Shown here piece by piece: positions 37,848 to 47,251 of a stretch of 64,000 nt of DNA (its first letter is position 1; each line of letters begins with the position of its first letter). The position numbers and the translations under genes were made by a program. This DNA comes from a candidate division WOR-3 bacterium (GTDB lineage Bacteria > Hydrothermota > Tepidihabitantia > SM23-42 > JAOAFX01). Under the pieces are notes generated by a model. It was not told the DNA's origin. It saw only the letters and a list, made by a program, of their open reading frames with translations, and did not search any database. The stretch spans positions 1,884 through 65,883 of the forward strand of contig JBBINQ010000009.1 of assembly GCA_037443805.1 (NCBI GenBank), read 5' to 3'.

Positions 37848-39188
37848 CTACTCCTGGGGCACAAATTGAATTTCACCCTGTGGACCGAGCGTAACAATCT
37901 TTACCAGAAAATCGCTGAATGAGATTCTCTCCTTACCTTTATCAATAATAATAATTTCATAGTAGTAACGACCATCAGCAACGAGCCTGCCCACATCATC
38001 AAGTCCATCCCAGGAGAGCCGTAGTGGTGGGTCATCCCAGCCTGAGTATGTTCTCACGACCTCGCCATAACTATTTTTTATCAGTAATTGCCAGCGTTCC
38101 ACTTCCCGTTTTGTTGTATAATGAAGGTCAAGCCATGCAACATTCTCTTTTCTACCGGGCGCCGGTGAAAATTCCTTAGGCGTTGAAGTGACCCAGGTTC
38201 TAAATCCACCAAATTCAATAAATATACCGACCTTATGACGATACGGCAATAGATAATTTGATTTATGGTGTAGCTCTATGGCATAATCAATGCCCAATGA
38301 CATATTACCGAAAAATCTTCTCACACCGAGCCCCGCATTTAATGTGTTCTCATCAAACCCTGCACGGAGAATCAATATTGGGTAGACCGGCACAAATTCA
38401 AAACCGAGATGCGGTTTGACCCCTGAATAATCAAGAATGTTTTTCACCAGGTCAGCAACAATAACTGCCCTTCCCTGATACAATTTTATTGCTCCACCAA
38501 ATCTAAATGTAACAGGGAATTCGTCAGTGGCTCCACCATCCAGATATTGCAGTTTTGGTCCCAAAATGTTTTGAACAGATACACCTAATGTATAATTATG
38601 TCTTGGAAAAAGAAAAATTCCCAGGTCGCCACCAATACCCACACTGCCATACTGAGCAATCTTACTCGTGACAAATTTCAGATTTGTTCCCATACTCAGA
38701 ACATCACCAGTAAGGTAGGCATAAGATAAAAGTAAACAACTCTGGGCAAAATAGTATGTGCCATAGGGATTCATATTCTCATCCCTTGAATCAATGCCCT
38801 TGGAGCGGAAATGTATGACATTCGCACCAAATGTTCCAAACCGCCTTGTGGGCAGGGCATATCCAAGATAACCGAGCTGATGCCCATAAAGGTCAAGATA
38901 AGACGATTTTATATTATGAGAATATAACTGAGCAAGACCAGCAGGATTGTAATAAATTGCCTCAGCATCATCTGCGAGTCCGGTAAATGCCTTGCCTAAG
39001 GCAGTGGTTCTCGGACTCATTCCATAATTGAAAACCGCACCAGGAAGACCACCATCCTGTCCGTAGAAAACAGTAGGTAGTAGGTAGAAAACAGTAGGTA
39101 GTAGGTAGTAAGTAGTAAGTAGTAAAAAGGAAAAAATTGTGCTTAATTTTGGGCTTTGGGTTTTGGGATTTGGGATTTGTTTTACCAT
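37848..39188 (-). CDS. PorV/PorQ (UPF0164)-like outer-membrane beta-barrel with C-terminal FlgD-like Ig domain
   Basis: SPRTTALGKAFTGLADDAEAIYYNPAGLA signature; LRAG...GLG...IDYA; WDGLDDVGRLVADGRYYY. Confidence 0.82.
   Translation of the reverse strand: MVKQIPNPKTQSPKLSTIFSFLLLTTYYLLPTVFYLLPTVFYGQDGGLPGAVFNYGMSPRTTALGKAFTGLADDAEAIYYNPAGLAQLYSHNIKSSYLDLYGHQLGYLGYALPTRRFGTFGANVIHFRSKGIDSRDENMNPYGTYYFAQSCLLLSYAYLTGDVLSMGTNLKFVTSKIAQYGSVGIGGDLGIFLFPRHNYTLGVSVQNILGPKLQYLDGGATDEFPVTFRFGGAIKLYQGRAVIVADLVKNILDYSGVKPHLGFEFVPVYPILILRAGFDENTLNAGLGVRRFFGNMSLGIDYAIELHHKSNYLLPYRHKVGIFIEFGGFRTWVTSTPKEFSPAPGRKENVAWLDLHYTTKREVERWQLLIKNSYGEVVRTYSGWDDPPLRLSWDGLDDVGRLVADGRYYYEIIIIDKGKERISFSDFLVKIVTLGPQGEIQFVPQE
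39063..39180. repeat. Two heptamer arrays (AGTAGGT-type and TTTGGGA-type) encoding the signal-peptide region
   Basis: Translates as QIPNPKTQSPK and LLTTYYLLPTVFYLLPTVFY, including a 21-bp duplication. Confidence 0.8.
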
Positions 39189-40834
39189 ATTACACCTACC
39201 CTGATATGTTTTTCTAAGAACACATTGGTATGGATATAACCTTTTAATAAAACATAATAGACACCACTTGCCACTCTATGACCCTTGTCATTGGTTCCGT
39301 CCCAGGTCAGATTATTTATTCCGATTCTTGCACCATTTTGCCCGGCACTTATCTCTTCATGAAGGACACGATTACCAAAGGCATCATAAATTGCAAAGAT
39401 AACATTACAATTCTGTTGCAAATAATAAACAAAACGCGTGTATGCTTGATTGACCCTACCAAAAGGATTTGGATAGGCAATGATATTGCCCTCCATAACT
39501 GAAGAATCCGGGATAATCACATAGACCGTTGTTGTTTCTGCATAGTTATCAGCACTTATCATAATTGAATCAAGTTCATTAAAATAACCACTTGTGGCAG
39601 TAAATTGAGATTGGCACACACCCTGGAAGTTTGTTTGAACTGTATCATATTGAGGAATAATATATCCATTTCCACCAATGACCGAAAAATAGACCCATTT
39701 ACCAGAAATGGGCTCATTATTACGGTCATAGGCTGTGACCGTTATGTATGCTATCTCACCGGGAGTAACTGTATCTGGATTCACCACAATGTCAAAACTA
39801 TCTGCCCGGGCAACAACCCTTAAAAAATTGTCATAACTATTATAATTATTATTTAAATCACGGGCATACAAGAACTTTTCACCACTCGTTGAAAAATTTG
39901 CATTGAATGTGGCAACACCATTAGAAAGATTCTGTGCTGGTGGATTGGAAAATCCTGAAGAACCTGATACCTGTATTGAATAACCTGAGACATTGGTCTT
40001 ATTCCACATTGAATCTGTGGCATAGACCGTGATTTGAAAATCTTCAAGCACATACTGGTCTATTGGTGCGCCAGACTTTCCTGGTGTGTTCGTGGTATTG
40101 GTCGTGGTATCGCCAGCAAGGTGTGTTTCACCAGGAAGTAACACGAGCAATTTAGAGTATGTGCCTGGATAAATATAGATACTACTTGAAGTATCAGGTT
40201 TAATGCCTGAATTTGTTAGGTCACTTATATAAAAACGTTGGTTTCCCGCAGTCCTGAATGCATAGCTGATATCGGCGTTTCCATTGCTTAGGCGTATATC
40301 CATTGTCGGGCTGAATCCATCTGAACTGGTAATGCGTATAGAATCATTTGCCGAGTTTATTCTATTGCACCATTGGTCTGTGAGATAGATTGATGCATTG
40401 AAAAAATAACCTGCCTCCTGGCTCGTGGGATTGTCAATTCTTCCACTCTGGTTTCCCGGTGCATAGGTCTGGCCCGGCAATATTGAGATAACGCGATAAG
40501 GAGAATTCGGCACGACCTGGAATTGATTTGATGTTCCTGATGCACCACTACCTTCGCACCTCAGCACAATATTATCACTGGCAATGGATACCATTATGCT
40601 ACCCTGCCAGGAACTGTTACCATTAAAATAGACAATCGTATCCGGGCTCACAGGATATGAAATATTAGGAACATATAGGTGTGCAGAACCATTATAAGGA
40701 ACTGGTTGTCCTGAACTATTTAGCGCATAGACCGTAATCTGAAATGCCACACCTGCGGTTTTGGGTGAAGTGATTACATCAAAACCAAAATGGTCAAGCT
40801 GACCTATCATTAATAAACTCAAAAAATATATCAA
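39182..40834 (-). CDS. Secreted Ig-repeat protein with C-terminal FlgD/T9SS-CTD-like domain
   Basis: Duplicated LPG.T..PG...G module; AYPNPF...IYDAFGNRV...WDGTNDKGHRVASGVYY. Confidence 0.75.
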   Translation of the reverse strand: MIYFLSLLMIGQLDHFGFDVITSPKTAGVAFQITVYALNSSGQPVPYNGSAHLYVPNISYPVSPDTIVYFNGNSSWQGSIMVSIASDNIVLRCEGSGASGTSNQFQVVPNSPYRVISILPGQTYAPGNQSGRIDNPTSQEAGYFFNASIYLTDQWCNRINSANDSIRITSSDGFSPTMDIRLSNGNADISYAFRTAGNQRFYISDLTNSGIKPDTSSSIYIYPGTYSKLLVLLPGETHLAGDTTTNTTNTPGKSGAPIDQYVLEDFQITVYATDSMWNKTNVSGYSIQVSGSSGFSNPPAQNLSNGVATFNANFSTSGEKFLYARDLNNNYNSYDNFLRVVARADSFDIVVNPDTVTPGEIAYITVTAYDRNNEPISGKWVYFSVIGGNGYIIPQYDTVQTNFQGVCQSQFTATSGYFNELDSIMISADNYAETTTVYVIIPDSSVMEGNIIAYPNPFGRVNQAYTRFVYYLQQNCNVIFAIYDAFGNRVLHEEISAGQNGARIGINNLTWDGTNDKGHRVASGVYYVLLKGYIHTNVFLEKHIRVGVIW

Positions 40835-40920
40835 GAGCTCCTCCTATGTTGAATAAAATTCATTGAAAAGATTAAAGATTTAAGTCTACTGGATTTCGGC
40901 ATTATCATTTTTATACTGCC

Positions 40921-40948
40921 ATTATATATAAAATATCCCATTTGTCAA
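40921..40948 (-). promoter_or_regulatory. sigma70-type promoter of the envelope operon
   Basis: TTGACA-N16-TATAAT. Confidence 0.75.
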
Positions 40949-41868
40949 GAAAAATTTCGGGCTCTGACAAAATGTGCAGAACCTAATATTCCTCCATTAT
41001 CACCGAGTTTTGCCGGAATAATTTTTATTCTACGATATTCAGGGCCAAGGATTCTCTGTGCCACTGTCTTTCTCATTGGCGCAAAAAGAATCTTTCCTGC
41101 ACGGGCAATTCCACCTGACACAATCACAATCTCCGGGTCAAAAAGATTAATGATATTACTGATGCCAATACCAATGTAGTAACCAACCTCTTTAAAGACC
41201 TCCCGGGCAACCCGGTCCCCTTTCTTAGCTTCATCAGCAATCAATTTAGGATTAAGCACGCGATATTTTTTTAATCTGCTCGCTGAGCTTTTGATTTTTT
41301 TTCGTGCGAGTTCAACAATATATCGTGCTCCTCCATAACGCTCCAGGCAACCAAAATTTCCACACAGACATTCTGGTCCATTAAAATTTATCACTGTATG
41401 TCCGAATTCGCCAGCAAAACCATTTGCACCAAAAAGCAATCTTCCTTCACACACTGCTGCACCACCAATGCCTGTTCCCAATGTAAAAAGAAAAATATTT
41501 TTATAACCCTTACCTGCACCATAGAACCATTCACCCAGCAGAATTGCATTAACATCATTGATAATTTTTACTGGCTTTTTAAATGCTTGACGCAATATCC
41601 TGGCGAGTTCTATATCCTTCCATCCAATAAGGTTCGGTGAATATCTCACCACACCATTTTTTGAATCAATAATGCCAGCAATACCAATACCAATGCCTGA
41701 TGCCCGGTTAATAAAGTATTGCACTGCAGATTTTATCTGGCTAATACAGGCTTGAGGACCATGCTCTGCCCTTGTCCGAATGGTTATCTTTTTGACAACG
41801 TTTCCATCACAAACCAATCCTGCCTTAATATTGGTGCCACCTATATCAATACCAATCGTATATTTCAT
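40945..41868 (-). CDS. ROK family sugar kinase (glucokinase-like)
   Basis: GIDIGGT, NDVNA, LGTGIGG, GEFGH, CLCGNFGCLE. Confidence 0.93.
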   Translation of the reverse strand: MKYTIGIDIGGTNIKAGLVCDGNVVKKITIRTRAEHGPQACISQIKSAVQYFINRASGIGIGIAGIIDSKNGVVRYSPNLIGWKDIELARILRQAFKKPVKIINDVNAILLGEWFYGAGKGYKNIFLFTLGTGIGGAAVCEGRLLFGANGFAGEFGHTVINFNGPECLCGNFGCLERYGGARYIVELARKKIKSSASRLKKYRVLNPKLIADEAKKGDRVAREVFKEVGYYIGIGISNIINLFDPEIVIVSGGIARAGKILFAPMRKTVAQRILGPEYRRIKIIPAKLGDNGGILGSAHFVRARNFS

Positions 41869-43010
41869 CTATTCTTGTAATTTGACCTAATGAGTTTTTC
41901 GTATTCTAACGAAAGGATAATACCCCTGCGTGCCAGCACTGCACGTGCCATTTTTATCGCCTTTTCCAGCTCATAATCCTTTTCTGTATCTGGACCAATC
42001 CATTTGAATGAAGGCACAAACTTAGGCATCATTCCACCACCAAAAAAATTGACAAAACTACCAATAACCGCACCTGTAGGAATCAATGTTCCAATACCCA
42101 ATTTTGTGTGGTCGCCAATAAAACAACCAAGTTTTATCATTCCAGTATCATATTCAGTATTATCAATCTTTATGCGCACATTAGAATAATTATTCTTTAA
42201 ATCTGAATTGGTGGTCAGGGAACCGATATTAACCCATTCGCCAATAAATGAATGGCCCATAAATCCTTCATGGTATTTATTGGAAAATCCCTGGAATACA
42301 CACTCTTCAACTTCACCACCAATACGACAATAGGGTCCAATTGTTGATTTTATTACCTTTGCCCTATCTAATATTGTTCCTTCACCAATATAAGATGGAC
42401 CAACGATTGTTGTAAATGGTTTTATCTCAACCTTTTTATCAATGAAAATGGGTGCGCTCTGGCAGTCAAAAAAAACAAATTTATGAATCATTGCATCGCG
42501 TGCAATAAATAGCGATCTTCTGGGACCTGAAAATTCTATGGTGCGGGGAATCCGTGCAGGTTTTCTATGTTCCTGGAAATGTTCTAAAATCATCTCGCCA
42601 TTATATTTGATTATATCCCAGGGATAGTATATAATCTTCCCGGTAATCTTCTTTATTTTCTTTATACTCTTCAGTGCTGAAGCAATGTCATGCATTGACC
42701 GTGGAAATGGCGGGTTGACCTTTAAAAATCCTACCTCATAATCATCAACCATAAATTTTGTTTCCTCATAGGGTAAATGGATACGCTCTTTCAAGAGTAA
42801 CCGTGCGGAAAGATACATTGTGGGTTCATTTTTTAATGAAAGATTAAAATTGAATATTTCGCGACCAATAAAATCAAATTTGAACTTAGGAAAGTAAAAA
42901 GCAGTATGTTCAGCAATTGTCTTCATGCCAATACGCAAATTGAATTGGGGGAAGAAATTGATAAGAGGAAAGAACAGTTCTGTTTTATCTTCGTAGATTA
43001 CAATTCTCAT
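41865..43010 (-). CDS. Putative sugar nucleotidyltransferase/acetyltransferase (alternative GlmU-like family)
   Basis: FNLRIG; hexapeptide repeats; NKYHEGFMGHS, SDLKNNY. Confidence 0.85.
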   Translation of the reverse strand: MRIVIYEDKTELFFPLINFFPQFNLRIGMKTIAEHTAFYFPKFKFDFIGREIFNFNLSLKNEPTMYLSARLLLKERIHLPYEETKFMVDDYEVGFLKVNPPFPRSMHDIASALKSIKKIKKITGKIIYYPWDIIKYNGEMILEHFQEHRKPARIPRTIEFSGPRRSLFIARDAMIHKFVFFDCQSAPIFIDKKVEIKPFTTIVGPSYIGEGTILDRAKVIKSTIGPYCRIGGEVEECVFQGFSNKYHEGFMGHSFIGEWVNIGSLTTNSDLKNNYSNVRIKIDNTEYDTGMIKLGCFIGDHTKLGIGTLIPTGAVIGSFVNFFGGGMMPKFVPSFKWIGPDTEKDYELEKAIKMARAVLARRGIILSLEYEKLIRSNYKNR

Positions 43011-43411
43011 TTTGAAAGAAGAATACTGGCGACCAGGGCGAATAGAATCCCTAACAGACGATTCAATGTAATCGGCTCTTTAAGCATGATAAACCCATAG
43101 ATTACCGGGAAGAGCACATAAAGATTTGTCAGAGGAATGACCACAGATGCGGGTCCAGTGGTCAGTGCCCGATAGAATGCAAGGACTGCAATAAGTGAAA
43201 CAAAACCGACTGGTAAAGCATATATAGAGTGATGATTATATTGCAGACTATGTTTAAAAATTATAATAAACAAAACCAAAAAGATTAAATACCAGAGTGA
43301 TATCCAGAAGGTTATACTGATGGTATTTAAATGTTTACTCAAAATTTTACTACCGATTGCCCACAGTCCCCAGCCCAATAGGGCAATATACGCATATCTT
43401 ATATAATCCAT
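43007..43411 (-). CDS. EamA/DMT family small transporter
   Basis: About five TM helices; A.VVIPL...LKEPIT...G; promoter TTGACT-N16-TATAAT at 43444-43417. Confidence 0.85.
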   Translation of the reverse strand: MDYIRYAYIALLGWGLWAIGSKILSKHLNTISITFWISLWYLIFLVLFIIIFKHSLQYNHHSIYALPVGFVSLIAVLAFYRALTTGPASVVIPLTNLYVLFPVIYGFIMLKEPITLNRLLGILFALVASILLSK

Positions 43412-43450
43412 ACGATATTATACTGAATAGTCTATTTAAGTCAAGATAAA

Positions 43451-44062
43451 TTAACGAAGAAAACTTAAAACCGCATAATTCCTTTTTTTATCTCCGCGCC
43501 GGTGCGAATAAAAATACTCTTCATTGCATAGGGTACAATAATCTAAATCTGCAAGGCATCTCTCTATGCCGAGTTCCTGGACAACTGCCTTTTTTAAATC
43601 AAGATAGATTTTCTGCCCTCGTTCACTAATTGCGCCGGAATATTTCCGGGAAAATAGCGATGCCACATCAGACTTGACTTCATAACAACAGGGTCCAATT
43701 GCTGCACCCAGGCAATATTGATAATTTTTTAAGATATGCTTTGCTTTGGTTACAATTCCGTTGATAATAGAACGCCAGCCACAATGGAGAATCGCGATGA
43801 TCTGGCCATTGAACAGATAAACAGGTAAACAATCTGCAACCTTAACACCGATAGAACTACCTGAAGTAATCAATCCATCACCAACCCTGCCCTGCTCTTT
43901 ATCAATATCAATAATAATATCAGAATGAATCTGTTTGAGCATTATCGGAGCAAATCTCTCCAGAAATTTTTCTGGCCCAAACTTTGTTGAATATAAAAAC
44001 ATTTTATTTTCAAATATAAATTGAAAGTATTTTACATCAGGTTCATCAATTAACTTCCACAT
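43451..44062 (-). CDS. pgeF: YfiH/PgeF (polyphenol oxidase-like, purine nucleoside phosphorylase) family protein
   Basis: QIHS, ADCLP, HCGWR, IGPCCYEV, CT.C...FYSHRR. Confidence 0.88.
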   Translation of the reverse strand: MWKLIDEPDVKYFQFIFENKMFLYSTKFGPEKFLERFAPIMLKQIHSDIIIDIDKEQGRVGDGLITSGSSIGVKVADCLPVYLFNGQIIAILHCGWRSIINGIVTKAKHILKNYQYCLGAAIGPCCYEVKSDVASLFSRKYSGAISERGQKIYLDLKKAVVQELGIERCLADLDYCTLCNEEYFYSHRRGDKKRNYAVLSFLR

Positions 44063-45749
44063 TTTTTAATTCCTTGATACGCAGAACAACCTTTTTTTTA
44101 CCAACAAGCGAATCTTCGTAAATTGTATACAGGCAATCAATCTTTGTCTTTCCTGGTTCAAGTTGTAATATTTTATTTGCCTGATAAAAAGCAATCGCCG
44201 GGAATGCAACTCTATCTTTGCGGACCGCGAATTTCAGGTGCTCTTTGCCTACCACAATCGGCACACCCACCACCTCAAAACCTTCTCCTAAAAATACCGG
44301 CTGCGGATTCTCCATACCTGTCGGCTCAAAATATTTTAGAAAATAAACAACCTCTTCTGTAATCTCTTTTAAATCAAGCTTCATATCATAATAGAATCTT
44401 CTGGTAAAGATATCCTCATCAAATTCCCGGGCATATTGATTTATCTTTTCCCGAAACTTTTTGATATTGGTATTTGCTATCTCCAGACCTGCTGCCTGTT
44501 TGTGCCCGCCAAACTTTATCAAATCATCAGCACAAAAATTCAATGCTGCAGTGATATCAAATCCAGTTACTGAACGGGCTGAACCCCGTGCATGCTCTTG
44601 TTTCAGGGAAAGCACAATTGCTGGCCGTGCATACTCCTCTACAATCCTTGAGGCAACAATACCAATAACACCTTCATGCCAATCTTGCTTTCCTACAATA
44701 ATCACCCGGTCACCTTTTATCCCCTCATTCTCTATCTTCTCGATCGCCTCTTCTAAAATGTTGTCTTCTATCTCCTGCCTCAACTGATTATCATTAGAAA
44801 GTTCCTGGGCATAGTTGAATGCCTGATTAAAATCATCAGTAAGCAACATTTCTACCGCAATCTTTGCATCCCGTAATCTGCCACAGGCATTGATTCTGGG
44901 ACCAATTATAAAACCCAGATGATATGCAGTTATTTCGCCTTTCAAATCTGCTGCCTTTTTTAATGCATTGATACCAATATTTTTACTTTCGTTTATCTTT
45001 TTTAAACCCAGCTTCACAAGATAACGATTTTCATCAATCAGTGGCACCACATCCACCACACTGCCCAGGGCAACAAGGTCAAGGTCAGAAAATAATCTAT
45101 TCTCATCAAGTTTTTGAAAACGGTAAAGTGCCTGTAAAAATTTGAATGCCACGCCTACTCCCGCAAGTTCTTTGAATGGATAATTACTCTCTGGTAATTT
45201 AGGATTGAGCAGTGCACAGGCAAAAGGAATCTCAGATTTTGGTGCATGATGGTCACACACAATCACATCAATATTTTTTGATTGGGCATAATGTAGTTCT
45301 TCAAATGATGTAATCCCGCAATCCACTGTAATCATCAAAGAACATCCCTTTTCTACGGCATAATCAATGCCTGCACTTGACACACCATACCCTTCAATCA
45401 TCCGATTGGGAATGTAGTAGTCAACCTGCAAACCAAATTGTTTCAGATTCCGACACAACAGGGCAATACCTGTTATACCATCTGTATCATAGTCACCATG
45501 AATGAGAATCCGCTCTTTTTTTTCAATTGCAAGGGCAAGGCGCTTCACGGCTTTTTCCATATTCGGAATCAAAAATGGGTCATAAAGATTATTTATTGTT
45601 GGGGCAAAAAAAGATTCAATCGCTTCTTTTGATTGATAACCACGATTTTTCAAAATTTGCACAATGATTGCAGGAATCTTCTTACCGCGAATAATTAAAT
45701 CTTCGCCGGTTTCGCCTTTATGCTTACTGATCCATCTGGACATAGTCAA
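44046..45749 (-). CDS. recJ: ssDNA exonuclease RecJ
   Basis: GDYDTDG, VDCGI, DHH, GPRINACGR, GGHKQAAG. Confidence 0.96.
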   Translation of the reverse strand: MTMSRWISKHKGETGEDLIIRGKKIPAIIVQILKNRGYQSKEAIESFFAPTINNLYDPFLIPNMEKAVKRLALAIEKKERILIHGDYDTDGITGIALLCRNLKQFGLQVDYYIPNRMIEGYGVSSAGIDYAVEKGCSLMITVDCGITSFEELHYAQSKNIDVIVCDHHAPKSEIPFACALLNPKLPESNYPFKELAGVGVAFKFLQALYRFQKLDENRLFSDLDLVALGSVVDVVPLIDENRYLVKLGLKKINESKNIGINALKKAADLKGEITAYHLGFIIGPRINACGRLRDAKIAVEMLLTDDFNQAFNYAQELSNDNQLRQEIEDNILEEAIEKIENEGIKGDRVIIVGKQDWHEGVIGIVASRIVEEYARPAIVLSLKQEHARGSARSVTGFDITAALNFCADDLIKFGGHKQAAGLEIANTNIKKFREKINQYAREFDEDIFTRRFYYDMKLDLKEITEEVVYFLKYFEPTGMENPQPVFLGEGFEVVGVPIVVGKEHLKFAVRKDRVAFPAIAFYQANKILQLEPGKTKIDCLYTIYEDSLVGKKKVVLRIKELKNVEVN

Positions 45750-45769
45750 TGATGCGTTATCTTAAAGAA

Positions 45770-47251
45770 TTATCCAGGTGGCGGCACAGATGTAACTTTC
45801 GGGTGTTTTCCAAAAAGTTTGTAATAAATCTGCGGATAATCTGTTTTACCACATAATAGTGCAGTGCTTATCGGCGTTACCTTTTTTGCCAGATTACTCA
45901 TTGCCTGGGAAATATTTCTGATATCCCATTGGGCAGTTGGGTCTTCGCGCAGCCGTGAAATATGATAGAGTTCCCTTAGGTTTACATTTACGAGAACCCT
46001 CTTCCTGTGGGCATTGGTCAGAATATAAGCGCCCGCATACGGCGCAATCTTTATTATTTTTTTGTATAATTTTTCAGTTTTGTTTATTACTTTTTTAAAT
46101 GCTTCTTCCTGTTTTATCTCTTTTATTGATGGAGGAATTGTTATGCCTAAATCCGGGTCATAGTCCTGATTTATCAATGTCATCAAACGATGGCGTTTGA
46201 ACTGACCAAAACAGCCCGCAGAAACAATTAGAGAATATGTATAATTGACCATCTCAAATTCCCTTAAGACTACATCATACAATTCAAGGTATTTGCATGA
46301 TTGTTTAAAAAGTTCAATCTTTCTGGCTTGGCTCATATTCTTAACCGCGCTTAAACAATTCTTAAAACTTTGTTTGCTTGACCTGAAGAGTAATGCGGCA
46401 AGCAATCTATTGTCACTATCAGGAGTATAATCTTCAAGCACAACATCTCTATCTTGCTTATTGCTTTTTATTGTTTTTATACATCCACAGTATTGCTGAA
46501 GTTCAGAATAGGTCTTCTGGTCATAATCATTGGCTCTGTAAAAAAGAATAATGGATGGAGCAATGGCTTTGACTGTTTTATACAATTTCTCTCCGAGTTC
46601 CCGAATTTCAGCAAGAGGATGGCTGGCAAATCTACGAATCATTAATTCAAGATTTCGGGCATTGATGGTCGCACCGAGCTGGGTCTGGGTTGTCAGGGAG
46701 AGGATATACCGTGCATCTTCTTTGGCAGCATTTTCTAATAGCCTTAATGTATGTTGGTCTTTTATTCCCGGATGTTTTTTCAACTGGAATAATTTTAATT
46801 CATTAAATAATTTCTGATAAAGGTTATTTTGCAAATGGACGATATCACAGAACTCGTTCACCAAAGTCGTTTTTTTAATCTCTTCTGGAATTAAAAAATC
46901 CCCTTTTAATGTAACATAACGTTGTGACTTTTCAGTATATGAACATAGCCGAAAATGTTCAAACTCTTCCACTGCCATTCGGGAAATACCTGTGATATCA
47001 AAATTGAAGACTGCGTGTTCAGCAATAGAATGGTGGCTCATTTCAAAGATTATTCTTCTATTTGATGCTCGTGCCTTTTCTACTTCTTGTCGGGCTTCTT
47101 TTCTTAAAATACCAACCTCTTTAGGGCTACGGCTAATGCGGGCATAGGCAGCAGATATTGTTTCCGGGGTCAAAATAAGATTTTTATTTATTTTAGAAAA
47201 TTCTTTTATTATATCAATATCAAGATTATAACCGGCAAGGCATACTTTCAT
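45770..47251 (-). CDS. thyX: FAD-dependent thymidylate synthase, tandem two-domain form
   Basis: HHSIAEH and SYTEKSQRYV in domain 1; QFKRHR and NLRELYH...R....AQWDIR in domain 2. Confidence 0.88.
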   Translation of the reverse strand: MKVCLAGYNLDIDIIKEFSKINKNLILTPETISAAYARISRSPKEVGILRKEARQEVEKARASNRRIIFEMSHHSIAEHAVFNFDITGISRMAVEEFEHFRLCSYTEKSQRYVTLKGDFLIPEEIKKTTLVNEFCDIVHLQNNLYQKLFNELKLFQLKKHPGIKDQHTLRLLENAAKEDARYILSLTTQTQLGATINARNLELMIRRFASHPLAEIRELGEKLYKTVKAIAPSIILFYRANDYDQKTYSELQQYCGCIKTIKSNKQDRDVVLEDYTPDSDNRLLAALLFRSSKQSFKNCLSAVKNMSQARKIELFKQSCKYLELYDVVLREFEMVNYTYSLIVSAGCFGQFKRHRLMTLINQDYDPDLGITIPPSIKEIKQEEAFKKVINKTEKLYKKIIKIAPYAGAYILTNAHRKRVLVNVNLRELYHISRLREDPTAQWDIRNISQAMSNLAKKVTPISTALLCGKTDYPQIYYKLFGKHPKVTSVPPPG

